Assembly: GCA_963846735.1 (NCBI GenBank)
Contig: CAWJXC010000006.1
Span: 11,735-75,734, forward strand
DNA length: 64,000 nt
Origin: Candidatus Bathyarchaeota archaeon
GTDB taxonomy: Archaea; Thermoproteota; Bathyarchaeia; Bathyarchaeales; Bathycorpusculaceae
Reading direction: 5' to 3'
In this document: piece after piece, positions 43,645-54,192 of the stretch
Numbering within the stretch: the first letter of the stretch is position 1
Layout of the letters: each line of letters starts with the position of its first letter
Notes under the pieces: generated by a model
What the model saw: the letters and a program-made list of their open reading frames with translations, nothing else
Told to the model about the DNA's origin: nothing
Database searches by the model: none
Made by a program: the position numbers and the translations under genes

Positions 43645-44880
43645 TTAGCCTTTCTTTTCTTTGTATGGATCTTTAACCAGAGCGATCCATATGACTGTGC
43701 CTGCGACGCCTAGGCTTCCTAGAATTAAGGCCATTGTTTGGTAGTTGTAGAGGTTGATAGCTAGTCCGCCGGCTAAGGCTGCTGATAGCATTCCGAGATT
43801 TACAAAAGTGGTGTTAAGTGATGCCATCGTTGAACGGAATTTTGGAATCTGTTCAATAACTAAGCTACCGAGTGCAGTAGATGACATTCCAGCAAACAAA
43901 AAGCGAAGAGCATTCAAACCCCAGGATAACATAAAGTTAGGCATAAAAGTAAACGTTAAGGTGAGTAAAGCTGCTATCAAACAAGTTAATGTTCCTAAAG
44001 GTTTTCGACCTACGCGATTTACTAATAAGCCCGCCGCTATGCCGCCCAGAGCCAAGAGAACGTTACCAACCAAGATTATTATTGACCCTATTTCAATATC
44101 TATTGCGAATTGGGACCTGAAAAAAGAAATCGAATAAAAGGCAACAGAAGCTTCTGCGACACTAAGCATGGTGACGAATAGTGTGGCGATGGCAGATCGG
44201 TTTGAGAATGTTTGTTTGCAACCAGCGAAAAAGGGTTCTTTCTGGGTGAGCTGATTTTCAACTGATTTCTTGGGGATGACAAGGAAAGCTAAAATCAAAC
44301 TTAGTATAGCAACAGGTAAGGCTAGCCAAATCATGACTAAGCGCCAACTTCCGACGTCTGCAATTATCCCAATCACAGGCGCCCCAACGACAAACGCCAA
44401 GGTGGAGGACGCCACTATCCAGCCGATTGCCCTGCCTCTTTTTTCTAGCGGATAGAACTCTCCGATTAATGAGTAAGCCATAGAACTTACCATAGCTATG
44501 CCAGTTCCAACCCCAATGTTTGCAATTAACACAAATTCAAAGGTTGGAGCAAAAAAGAAGCCTACAGAAGACAAACACGTGAAGACCAATCCAATCAGTA
44601 AAAATAATCTGTGATTAAAACGAACACTCAAGACGGACAGCAACAATCCAGCAACAATGCCCGATAACGAGCCAACCGCGGCTACTAAACCTGCTGTGCC
44701 AACATTTACGTGAAAGGTGTTGGCTATGTCGAGTAAGAGCAGTTGGAACGTTACAGTTATTAACCAAACGGAAAAGACAGAGAACCCTAACACTGGAAGA
44801 AAAAGTCTGCTGTTACCGCTCTTTCCAGTAGATACCTTAGCACTCAAACCCAAGCCAACGCCCGTTTCATTTGAAACCAA
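43645..44880 (-). CDS. MFS transporter (DHA1-like)
   Basis: About 12 hydrophobic segments, YPLEKRGRAIGW, GSWR, LVNRVGRK motifs. Confidence 0.9.
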   Translation of the reverse strand: MVSNETGVGLGLSAKVSTGKSGNSRLFLPVLGFSVFSVWLITVTFQLLLLDIANTFHVNVGTAGLVAAVGSLSGIVAGLLLSVLSVRFNHRLFLLIGLVFTCLSSVGFFFAPTFEFVLIANIGVGTGIAMVSSMAYSLIGEFYPLEKRGRAIGWIVASSTLAFVVGAPVIGIIADVGSWRLVMIWLALPVAILSLILAFLVIPKKSVENQLTQKEPFFAGCKQTFSNRSAIATLFVTMLSVAEASVAFYSISFFRSQFAIDIEIGSIIILVGNVLLALGGIAAGLLVNRVGRKPLGTLTCLIAALLTLTFTFMPNFMLSWGLNALRFLFAGMSSTALGSLVIEQIPKFRSTMASLNTTFVNLGMLSAALAGGLAINLYNYQTMALILGSLGVAGTVIWIALVKDPYKEKKG

Positions 44881-44954
44881 GGTTGTATTAAATGATTGCT
44901 ACTGCTCCCAAAAACAGCCAAAATAATTAAGGTACGTACTTGGTAAATGAAGGT

Positions 44955-46127
44955 TTATCCAACGCACCAACCGAACCGTTTCACGTCAACTGAGGAAACC
45001 TTCTCTTCCACCATCAAGTCGTGTAAGCAAACTGGGTCAGTTTCTAGGTAGTCGCCTGTGCAAGCGTATGCTCTACCTCTGCATCCACCGCAGCTCTCTC
45101 GGTATTCGCAGGCTCCGCATTTCCCCTTCAGGTTGCTTCTTTGTCTAAGAGTATTGAGGACTTTTGAGTTGCGCCAAATATCTGCTAAGCTTTGCTCTCG
45201 AATATTTCCCACTTTAATGGGCAGGAAAGTGCAGGGGTAAACGTCTCCGTTTGGGCGCAAACTAAAGTACAGGGTTCCCGCGTGGCAGCCGACGCCATGG
45301 TGTACCCAGAATTCTTTGATGAGTAGGTCTTTGGGTTTGGTGCCGTGTGACTTGTGCATTTCCATGGCGATTTCTGGGTAGAGCGGTATTCCACCAGACA
45401 TCGTGAAAACCATCTCCGTGTCTTCCTGCATCGCTTGCAACCAACGTATCAGGCTGACTCTTTGCTCTTGACTCATCGCCTGATCCATCACGTCTTTTCC
45501 CCGTCCGACAGGAATCAAGTCGTAAACAGCAACCTCATCCACGCCTAAACTGGCTAAGAACTCTATGCGCTTAGGCATCTCGCTAAACGTATCTTTCAAT
45601 GCCATGGTAGTAACGATTACTTCTAAGTCAATGTCAAGGCAAGTTTGGATTGCTGAGACTGCTTTTTTGAAGGTGCCCGGGAGGTTTCTGAGGTGGTCGT
45701 GGTTTGCAGGCACAACTGAGTCAATGGGTATGCCTATCGCTTTGATGCCTGCGTCCTTCAGCTGCAATGCTACTTGAGGAGTGATTAGTAGCCCGTTCGA
45801 GAGCATGGCGGGTATGATGCCATTGTCTTCGCAGTATTGGGCAAGCGTCAAAATGAAATCTTTCCTTAGTAATGGTTCGCCGCCGCTGAAAATCACCGCT
45901 TGAGTTCCAAGGTTCGCCATCTCATCAATCGCATGCATCGCCTCTTTCACGTTAAGTTCGTCGGGCATGGCGTCTCTTGCGGAAACATGGCAGTGCAGGC
46001 ACCTCAAGTTGCAGGCTCGGGTTACAGCGTAAGAAACGATGAGGGGCGTATTGGGTTCGCCCTTCAAACCCTGCCCAAGCAGTTTTTGGCGCAGCATTAA
46101 CTCAAGCAATTTCAGCGTTGTGCCCAC
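44955..46127 (-). CDS. Radical SAM/SPASM protein (NirJ/AhbD/PqqE-like)
   Basis: CNLRCLHC, FSGGEPLLR, SPASM GCHAG..PNGDVYPC..GKCGACEYRESCGGCRGRAY..DPVC. Confidence 0.92.
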   Translation of the reverse strand: MGTTLKLLELMLRQKLLGQGLKGEPNTPLIVSYAVTRACNLRCLHCHVSARDAMPDELNVKEAMHAIDEMANLGTQAVIFSGGEPLLRKDFILTLAQYCEDNGIIPAMLSNGLLITPQVALQLKDAGIKAIGIPIDSVVPANHDHLRNLPGTFKKAVSAIQTCLDIDLEVIVTTMALKDTFSEMPKRIEFLASLGVDEVAVYDLIPVGRGKDVMDQAMSQEQRVSLIRWLQAMQEDTEMVFTMSGGIPLYPEIAMEMHKSHGTKPKDLLIKEFWVHHGVGCHAGTLYFSLRPNGDVYPCTFLPIKVGNIREQSLADIWRNSKVLNTLRQRSNLKGKCGACEYRESCGGCRGRAYACTGDYLETDPVCLHDLMVEEKVSSVDVKRFGWCVG

Positions 46128-46146
46128 GGTTTAGCTCTCCTCTGGT

Positions 46147-47094
46147 TTAGATTTTGGGTCTAATTAGCCACAGTTGAATCGCTCTGCGTAGCAGCCATGC
46201 TATGGCGAAAATCACTGACACCACTATCACTGCAATCATGACGTTGGGGCCGATGTCAAACGAGTTTTCTTCAATCTTTGGCGGCGATAGGTCTGTTATG
46301 CGAACGTCATCGATGGTTGCAAGTCCGTCATGTCCAAAATAGTATTCTGTCCCATTCACTATGCTGCCCTGTGGATTTTGGGTTCCCTGAATCACGTTAA
46401 CGCTTTGTTCATAGCCGTTAACGTAGAGATGCATGCCTGTGGAAGTTCTGGTGAATTCAACGTTAACCCACTGGTTTAATGGAACAGGGTCCTTAGTGAC
46501 GATTTCATTAAATCCGCCGCTGTCAGTTAACACAAAGCCGCTGAGTGCTCCTTGGACATATTGCTCACCGTTTTCAGGCGTGCCAGCTCTCAGGGCTAAT
46601 CCTAAGACTCTGGTGGTGTTCTGCCAGGCGGCAGCTTGATCGGGGTGATTGCATTTAACGACGATGTTGTTGTAGGTGGCGTTTTTGTATCCTGGAATGT
46701 TAACCCATGCTTCAATCTGCACGTATTTTTGGATGTCTAAGTTCGGCGAAATTGGAATATAGATTGGCTGGGGTGTTGGTGGGAAGCCGACGATGAATTT
46801 TATTGGGATGTAGACTAAGTTGTTTCCGTCGAACTGCATGGCTTTGCCGAATTTGCCGTCCACTATCGCTGGTTCTGGGTGTCCGCCAACGATGCCATAA
46901 TTTACACCTGTCGAATCAGGGGTTACAACGCTTGAGCCGCTTGGTTTCACTTCATCTAAAGGCCAGTAGCCAACTGTGACTCCTTTGCTTTGCGCGTTTA
47001 CGTTTGCTATCAAAATTGGGCTTAGAAGGCTTGCTGCCAGTATGCATAGCATTAACAATTTTATTTTTTTACCGTTAACTCTCTTTGAAATCAT
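46147..47094 (-). CDS. LamG-like jellyroll surface protein with C-terminal TM anchor
   Basis: Signal peptide, GYWPLDE..GKFGKAMQFDG..IEAWVN..LNQWVNV..LYVNG..IDDVRI, C-terminal TM. Confidence 0.85.
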   Translation of the reverse strand: MISKRVNGKKIKLLMLCILAASLLSPILIANVNAQSKGVTVGYWPLDEVKPSGSSVVTPDSTGVNYGIVGGHPEPAIVDGKFGKAMQFDGNNLVYIPIKFIVGFPPTPQPIYIPISPNLDIQKYVQIEAWVNIPGYKNATYNNIVVKCNHPDQAAAWQNTTRVLGLALRAGTPENGEQYVQGALSGFVLTDSGGFNEIVTKDPVPLNQWVNVEFTRTSTGMHLYVNGYEQSVNVIQGTQNPQGSIVNGTEYYFGHDGLATIDDVRITDLSPPKIEENSFDIGPNVMIAVIVVSVIFAIAWLLRRAIQLWLIRPKI

Positions 47095-47225
47095 ACATAC
47101 CACTAAAATGAACAAGATAAAACAGGGAACTAATAGCTCTCCCCCGAGAACACTCTGTTCCGCAAAAAGAACAGCCCCAAACATGCGCTACCATAATATA
47201 GTTTCAAAGCCAATGAACTGCCCAT

Positions 47226-47942
47226 ATGCGGAAGATTAAAGGCTCAAGCAGCTACCTTAAAAACCAAGTCCGAAAAAACCTTGCTAAAGCAGCTTTTAGC
47301 CTACTCATATTCGGCGCCATCCTTTTTGCCCTAACCCTGAGAGTACTCTCCACGTTGCAGGTGAGCACTTTAGAAGAAGCAGGCTTGCTCCTCTCGCTTG
47401 CACCACTAATCAGTTTCTACTTTTATCTTCACAAATACCGCATCTACAGCGGCGGCTGGACAGGCGAAAAACAAGTAGCCAAACTCCTAAATAGCAAACT
47501 AAACGACGACTACTATCTCCTAAACGACCTGTACCTGCGTGACGGCGGCGGAGACATCGACCACATCGTTTTGGGGCCAAACGGCGTTTTCGTTTTGGAA
47601 ACTAAGAATTGGAGCAGAAGCATCTCCTGCAACGGCGACGAATGGCAGAGAGTGGGCAAACGCAACTTTTCAGGTAGCCCAAGCCGACAAGTTAAGCGGA
47701 ATGCTGCTAAAATCAAACAAATAATCGACAGCAACCCCAACCTAAGACCTCTGAGCATATGGGTTGAGGGTATAGTGGTTTTCACAAACAATCATGCCAC
47801 CCTACACGTGAACAACCCAACCGTTCCAATCCTTAAGCTTCCCCAACTGTCCAACTACATAACAACACATAGTAGCTCAAGAAGCATTTCTCGTGAACAA
47901 CTGGAAGCCATCGGAAAAGAAATTACCCGACAAAAACATTAA
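47226..47942 (+). CDS. NERD nuclease-related domain membrane protein
   Basis: Two TMs, then GWTGEKQV..LNDLYL..GDIDHIVLGPNGVFVLETKNW..SPSRQV. Confidence 0.9.
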   Translation: MRKIKGSSSYLKNQVRKNLAKAAFSLLIFGAILFALTLRVLSTLQVSTLEEAGLLLSLAPLISFYFYLHKYRIYSGGWTGEKQVAKLLNSKLNDDYYLLNDLYLRDGGGDIDHIVLGPNGVFVLETKNWSRSISCNGDEWQRVGKRNFSGSPSRQVKRNAAKIKQIIDSNPNLRPLSIWVEGIVVFTNNHATLHVNNPTVPILKLPQLSNYITTHSSSRSISREQLEAIGKEITRQKH

Positions 47943-48625
47943 ACGCATTCGGGCGGCGTGATTTTTAGCCATGCTTTCTTTTTCACAAGTGCCAGCGAAG
48001 TAATGATGGTTACCAGCAGGGTGCCGATTAGGTAAGAATTGTAGTAAGCGCGGTCAGGGTTCTGGATTGTTGAGGTTACGACGGATGCCAAAATATAGAG
48101 CGAAGCTAGTCCCGTTATCAATTGAAGCACATGAAGAACTCTGTTTACTTGGCACGCTTTAGATTTTACCCAGTTTAAGCCGGATTCTACTCGTTCTGAA
48201 ACATCAGGCAAATCATCCAGCAGCAAAGTAAACCCAGCCAAAATAAAAAAGCGCCCAACATTAACCGCTATGTCACTTGAATTTACCAGAAAAAGGCTAA
48301 GCAGAGGAACAGACGTAAAAAATACGACAAACACGGAAGCAAACAAAAGGACAAGGAAGCCGTAAACGTAGTGGTGAAACAGGAATCGTCCTGTATGCAA
48401 AGCACGTCCTATGCATGCACCGGGAAAGATATTGATGAATGCGGCTGCGGTGGCGAACCAAAGCAGGTTTCCGTCAAGTAGGTAGGGGGCGAAGGGGCGC
48501 CAGTAGGGGTATGATTTGTAGAAGCCGTTTAGGAGACCCGCAACCACACCTACGGTAATGAGTGCATTGAATATCAAGGCTAAGCTGAATATTTTCTTTA
48601 AGATTACCCAAACCGAACCAGCCAT
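47939..48625 (-). CDS. Hypothetical multi-pass membrane protein
   Basis: About 6 TMs; FLFHHYVYGF and LLLDDLPD polar motifs. Confidence 0.75.
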   Translation of the reverse strand: MAGSVWVILKKIFSLALIFNALITVGVVAGLLNGFYKSYPYWRPFAPYLLDGNLLWFATAAAFINIFPGACIGRALHTGRFLFHHYVYGFLVLLFASVFVVFFTSVPLLSLFLVNSSDIAVNVGRFFILAGFTLLLDDLPDVSERVESGLNWVKSKACQVNRVLHVLQLITGLASLYILASVVTSTIQNPDRAYYNSYLIGTLLVTIITSLALVKKKAWLKITPPECV

Positions 48626-48864
48626 TTGTCAACCCTATAAAGCCCTAAACTTCAAGTTTTATAAAGAAATTCACACAACCGTCATTTATAAGTAATGCAA
48701 GTTAAGAGAGAAAAAACCATGAAGTTTAAGTCAACTATAAGCCTTCAAACGAGATGTTAGTCGCCGCACTCAATCAAAGCCAAACCCTAACGGCGAAAGC
48801 AGGTGCATTAAGCAAAACTTTTATTTTTTTCCTTTTTCTCTAGCATATTAAACGGTGAAAAGTT

Positions 48865-49221
48865 TTGGGAAGCATCGGACTAGGCGCTTTAGTAGGATTC
48901 ATAATAACCATAATCTTAAGCATAATCTACCCAGGCATCGGAACCATCATAGGCGGTTTCATAGGTGGAATAATCGCTGGGCTCATTGCAAGAGGCATCT
49001 TGGGGGGCACGATGGCGGGTTTTCTATCAGGAGTATTTAGCGCCATAGTGTTAGCTATCCTTTTGTTTCTCCATTTCATCGTGAGTGAAACAATTAAGCA
49101 TGGTTTTCTAGGCTTCCTGTTTGGTGGCTTAGCAGGTTTAGCGCTTGGAATTGTCCTCGCCGTTGCCGTTACGGTGATTGCAGCCATCGGCGGATTAATC
49201 GGCGGAGCAATAACACGATAA
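48865..49221 (+). CDS. Gly-rich small membrane protein (DUF5518-like)
   Basis: Repeated GxxxG helices (IGGFIGGIIAG, AIGGLIGG). Confidence 0.75.
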   Translation: MGSIGLGALVGFIITIILSIIYPGIGTIIGGFIGGIIAGLIARGILGGTMAGFLSGVFSAIVLAILLFLHFIVSETIKHGFLGFLFGGLAGLALGIVLAVAVTVIAAIGGLIGGAITR

Positions 49222-49228
49222 AAAAAGT

Positions 49229-50778
49229 TTACCTGTCCAGCATAAACGCCTTTTTCTCACGCGTTGTTTTTTCTGGAATTCGGTCCAAAATCATTTTTTC
49301 CTCAGGCTTCTTGCTCAGCACAATTGGCGACAATTGTCCAGCAAGCTCCAGCGCCGATGTTAGTTTGCTGTTTCTTTCCGCATAGATTTCAAACAAAACA
49401 CCGTTTTTATGCACCGTGCCACCTAACTTCGCATGCAAAATTACGCCTGCACCTTTCTCTTTGGGTGCTCCAGCCTCACGCGCAATCCGAACAATGTCAT
49501 CGGTGCTTAGCCACAGGACTTTGCCAGCCTGCTCTGACCGCACCACAGCCGATTCAGGACCAACAGGCAAATCTTCAGGCTTAACCGCTGGGTTGCCGCC
49601 TTGAGCAGCAATGATTTCCCGCATCTTCTTCTCTGCCTTGCCTGAATCAATCATTTCCTCAGCCATGCCCCGTGCGTTTTCAACGCCAACCATTTCAAAG
49701 AGCATGCTTGCTAGGCTGACGGCTTTTTCGCGCAAATCAGGTGGACCGCCACCCATAAGAGTAGTCAAGGCTTCCCTGCGCTTCCAAAGCTGGTCCGATG
49801 CCGCAGCCCAACGGTTGGTCACCAAAAGTCAAGGCGCATTGAATGTTTAAGCCTAAACGTTTGCCCAAATCCACAAAGTCCGAAGCTAACGTGTAGGCTT
49901 CTGTTCGGGTTTTGATTTTGGCGCCCATGCCTGTTGGGATGTCGATGACGACGTGTGTGGCTCCGATGGCTTTTTTCTTGCTTAGAATCGAGGGCAAAAG
50001 CATCGGGTCAATTCCCAGGGGGTATTCGACTTGGATGAAGAGGTCGTCGGCTGGCGCAAGCTCCAAGTGAGCCGCCCCAAACGAGGCATCCGTTGGTTTT
50101 CGCTACGACGTCTTTGATTTCGTTTATGGATAGGTTGACTGGGCAGAGGGTTTCCACTCGGTCTGCGGTTCCAGCGGGCGAAGTGATTGCTCGTGAGGAG
50201 GTTTTGGGGATGGTGAATCCTGCCGCCGCCACAATGGGCACGACTAGCATGCTGGTTTTGTCGCCTGGGATGCCGCCGACGCTGTGCTTGTCAAGGATTG
50301 GTCCTTGACCAAAATCGATTGTTTTGCCCGTTGAAATCATCGCTCGTGACAAGGCTTCGGTTTCGCCTGTGCTCAACCCATGAATGCTAAGCGCAGTGAG
50401 GAAAGCGGCGATTTCAACCGTGCTCAAATGCCGTTCAACCACGTCCTTCACGATGGCCACAATGTCTTTTTCACGTAAGCGTTCGCCATGCAGTTTAGCG
50501 CGAATGTTAAAGAGTGATTCAGGAAGCGGAGCCAACTCCACCTTAACTTTTTCGCCTTCCTTCACCCCGAGCGCGGCAACGGTTTCTCGGTAGAGTCCAA
50601 TGCGGTTTGGAGGAAAATAATCAGCGATGTTGGCGATGGCTATCATTTCTTGGTTTTTGCAAGTTATTTTTATTCTGTCTGAACTGTGCACGCCCAGCAG
50701 GTTGGCGCTTTGTTCGCTTAGTATGGCGATTCTGCTGCCGCCTGTGGTTATCATTAAGACTTCAACGGTGAGTTCCAT
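49229..50778 (-). CDS. AMP phosphorylase (two indels)
   Basis: DKHSVGGIPGDKT, PKTSSRAITSPAGTAD, LAPADD, SKKKAIG..DIPTG, QPLGCGIGPALEA, ARE-AGAP..GAGV. Confidence 0.95.
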
Positions 50779-50865
50779 CTGAAACACGTCAATACCAATT
50801 AGGTTGGGGAATAGTTAAAGATTTTAAGGCAAAGCCAGTCACACTAGCCAGCGAGGATTACTGCT

Positions 50866-52089
50866 TTGAAGTATCTTGACTTTGTGGATTTAACTTACAA
50901 ACCCAAAGAAACCGATTTAATCTGCACTTTCTACGTTGAGCCCGAAGGCATAAGCCTTAAAGAAGCTGCGGGCGGTGTGGCGGCGGAAAGCTCCGTTGGC
51001 ACATGGACAGAACTTACAACTGAGAAGCCCTACGTTAAACGGCTGGCAGCACACGTCTACAGCATAGAAGGCAGCGTAATCAAAATCGCTTATCCCATCG
51101 AGCTCTTTGAGCCAGCCAACATGCCAAACATCCTCAGCAGCGTGGCAGGAAACGTTTTTGGGCTTAAAGCACTAAAAAACCTGCGTCTCCTCGACATAGA
51201 ATTTCCCAAACAGCTCCTAAACAGCTTCAAAGGACCAGCCTTTGGTATAGCGGGCATCCGCAAACTCCTAAAAGTCCCAAAACGCCCGCTCGTCGGCACA
51301 ATAATCAAGCCTAAACTTGGGTTAGAAACCAAAGACCACGCCAAAGTCGCCTACGAGGCATGGTTTGGCGGCTGCGACATCGTAAAAGACGATGAGAACT
51401 TGAGCAGCCAAAAATTCAACCCCTTCGAAGAACGCTTAACGCAGACGCTGGAAAGCCGAGACAAAGCCCAAGAGGAGACGGGCGAACGCAAAGTCTACAT
51501 GATAAACATCACCGCCGAAACCGACACCATGCTCAAACGTGCCCAAACCGTCGTCGACCAAGGCGGCGAATACGTCATGGTTGACATCTTGACCTGCGGC
51601 TGGTCAGCCCTGCAAACTTTGCGAGACCAAAACTTCAAACTTGTCATCCACGCTCACCGCGCTGGACATGCGGCTTTCACCAAGAACCCCCTGCACGGCA
51701 TCGCCATGAAACCCATCGCTACCGTCGCACGAATAATCGGCGTTGACCAACTTCACGTCGGCACAGTGGTCGGAAAAATGTCTGAAACCAAAGCGGAAGT
51801 CATCGAAAACATCGCGGCCTGCAAAGCCGAACTGGGCGGTTTGAAGCCTGTTTTGCCTGTTGCCATCGGCGGACTGCACCCCCGACTGGTTCCTGCACTG
51901 ATGGAGACTTTCGGCAACGACTTTGTTATCCAAGCAGGCGGCGGCATCCATGGACACCCAGACGGCACAGTAGCAGGCGCCAAAGCCATGCGCCAAGCCG
52001 TCGACGCAACCCTATACGGAAAAACGCTGGAAGAATACGCAAAAAACCACAAAGAACTCGCCGACGCCCTAAAACAATGGAAAACCTAA
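50866..52089 (+). CDS. rbcL: Form III ribulose-1,5-bisphosphate carboxylase
   Basis: AAESSVGTW, GTIIKPKLGL, DIVKDDE, HAHRAGH, HVGTVVGKM, QAGGGIHGHP. Confidence 0.96.
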   Translation: MKYLDFVDLTYKPKETDLICTFYVEPEGISLKEAAGGVAAESSVGTWTELTTEKPYVKRLAAHVYSIEGSVIKIAYPIELFEPANMPNILSSVAGNVFGLKALKNLRLLDIEFPKQLLNSFKGPAFGIAGIRKLLKVPKRPLVGTIIKPKLGLETKDHAKVAYEAWFGGCDIVKDDENLSSQKFNPFEERLTQTLESRDKAQEETGERKVYMINITAETDTMLKRAQTVVDQGGEYVMVDILTCGWSALQTLRDQNFKLVIHAHRAGHAAFTKNPLHGIAMKPIATVARIIGVDQLHVGTVVGKMSETKAEVIENIAACKAELGGLKPVLPVAIGGLHPRLVPALMETFGNDFVIQAGGGIHGHPDGTVAGAKAMRQAVDATLYGKTLEEYAKNHKELADALKQWKT

Positions 52090-52193
52090 CCCAAAAACGA
52101 TAGGTCGCCTACTTTTCATCTAACCCCTATCCCCTACTTTTAGCTCTCTTTTGGGCGACCCTCCATTACATTAAGCAAGAATTTCCAAATTCG

Positions 52194-53082
52194 CTACTTT
52201 GCAGTTCTCTTGCGCAGAAGCATACCCACAACAACTAACAAAACCGCAACCATAACAATCAAGACTATTATGGCTGTTTGCTCCCAGCTAAAACCAAACA
52301 AGCCTGTCTGAGTCCCAGGTTGCATTGGGGCGACTGTTGGGCTCGGTGAGGTCGAAGTTAATTCGGCAGGAGTAGATGCTATCGGCGTGGGAGTTAGCAC
52401 AGGAGTAGGTGCTGATGGTTCAGTAGTTACCGTTGCAGCGTCGGCTTCGTTGAGGGTTATGGTTTGGATAGTGCTCCATCCGCTTTCTGTACCATTAAAT
52501 ACCCAAGGGCTAAAAGGAACTACAACGTTTTTCAAGGCAGTGCCTGACATCGCTTCAACTTGAAAGTCAGCTTGGCCGCCAATAGGTATCGTTACTGCGC
52601 TATCGGGTCTACTATTGGGTGCGTAACTAGCTATTGTATCAAAATCCCCGCCGTTGAGCAGTAAAGACACTACTGTATTGGACCCTGAATCTTGAACAAA
52701 ATAGGGGGCCCGCTGCACCCTCTCCGTTAATTGGTGAAATTTCACTCCAATCTTGGGCGAAATGTCCCTTATATTGGATATTATACATTATGCCGGTGTA
52801 AGAGTTGTATCCTACGTCAGTTTTGCCGTCGAAATTTTGGTTTGTAATTGTTATGTCTAACGTTATCCATTCCAATTGGCTACCTGCATGGGTTGTTTGC
52901 TGCCCTGTGAAGGGGTCAATAGAGGACATAGGAGGTGAATCGAAGGTGTGCTTGACAAGCTTTAAGCTGAATTGTGGTACCGACGGGGTGGCTGCAGCGC
53001 TGGCTGCTTGTAGCAGCGTTAGGCTTGAGGCAACCAAAATAACACAAAGCATGAATGAGGAGATTTTGCTCATTTCGTTCAT
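52194..53082 (-). CDS. Secreted surface protein with S/T/P-rich stalk and C-terminal TM (one indel)
   Basis: Signal peptide, PSVPQFSLK..IDPFTG..YNIQYKGHF..DFQVEA..GTESGWS, then TTEPSAPTPVLTPTPIASTPAELTSTSPSPT, TM and basic tail. Confidence 0.82.
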
Positions 53083-53141
53083 ACCTATTTTAGAGGCTTG
53101 GTCGTGATTAAAGGCTTCTCGTATAGAGTTCTTTACTAACC

Positions 53142-53163
53142 TTAGTCAAAACTTCTTGACTAA
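53142..53163. other. Inverted repeat (terminator or operator)
   Basis: TTAGTCAA-N6-TTGACTAA between the R15P isomerase stop and the surface-protein promoter. Confidence 0.4.
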
Positions 53164-53186
53164 TCAGCACTTCCATGTTTTGATGC

Positions 53187-54107
53187 TTAGAAAACCCATG
53201 GGTACTTTCGGCGTATGACCTCAACTATTGTTTGGGGTGCGATTATGCCTTCTTCGCAGATTAAGCCGTGGATGTAGCGGTTTGGGGTAACGTCGAAAGC
53301 GGGGTTACGCACCAATGAGTTTTTGGGGTGCTTCGCTCCAGACTTCAGCTGGGTTGCGTTGCTCGATTTTTTCGCATTCGCCCTCGAGCGTTTCGGGGTC
53401 AAATTTTAGCAGTTCCGAAACCACATAGAAGGGCACTCTGGCTTCATGAGCTAAAACAGCGATGCCGCTGTGAACCAATCTTGTTAACCACGTTGCCCTC
53501 TGAGGTGATGGCGTCGGCTCCCACGATTACCAAGTCAACGTTCTCCCATGAACGTCCGCGCCGCCGAATCAACAATAAACGTGGTTTCGATGCCCAAATC
53601 CACAAGTTCTTTAGCAGTTATTCTTCCCTGAAATGCAGGGCGGGTTTCGGTGCAGATTACCTTGAAGTTTTTGCCGTCCGCTTTGGCTTTGGCAAGCAGT
53701 CGGGTGACGGTTGAGGAGTGGCAATGCGTAAAAACGACTGAGCCGTCGCGGATGCGTTTGGCGCCTATTTCCGCGGTTTGTTCCCTTGAAGCATCCAAAT
53801 CTTTGAGGAATTGGGTGGCGTTTGCACTCACGATTTGGCTTAGTTCGGCTACTTTTTCTGTTTTGGCGTTTTGGGCTTGGCTGATTATCCAGCGGATTGC
53901 ATTTCGCATCAACGGTTCGGTTTCTCTTGAAGCAGCGAAGATGGTTTGGGCTTCTTTGAGTTCGCCGAGGAATTGGGTTTTGTTTTTTGCTTTTGTCTGT
54001 TCTGCTTGGGTTTGGATGGCTTTGACGGCGGCGATGGCGACGTTTCTTGCGCCTTGAACTTGGAGTTTTCTTATTTTTTCTGCTACTTCGCGGATTGTTT
54101 CTGCCAT
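53187..54107 (-). CDS. Ribose-1,5-bisphosphate isomerase (eIF-2B-like; indels)
   Basis: LQVQGARNVA, SRETEPLMRN, THCHSSTV, TETRPAFQG, VGADAI..NKIG, NPAFDVTP. Confidence 0.93.
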
Positions 54108-54192
54108 AACTTTTTCAACCTTGAACGGCTTGTTTTATTTTATTTGTGGAGAAGCATATAAGCAAATTCATCACAAACTGTTAGTGAGCGCT

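Noticed and set aside
48755-48812. TCGCCG...CGGCGAAAGCAGGTGC resembling an HDV/theta-like ribozyme or riboswitch
   Set aside because: Only one 6-bp stem is evident; the nested double pseudoknot could not be built.
52103-52160. GGTCGCC...GGCGACC inverted repeat after rbcL
   Set aside because: A 7-bp stem with a long pyrimidine-rich loop between convergent genes; could be a terminator or chance, with no further support.
53187-54107. Annotation as eIF-2B subunit or methylthioribose-1-phosphate isomerase
   Set aside because: The THCHS motif and clustering with AMP phosphorylase and RuBisCO indicate R15P isomerase.
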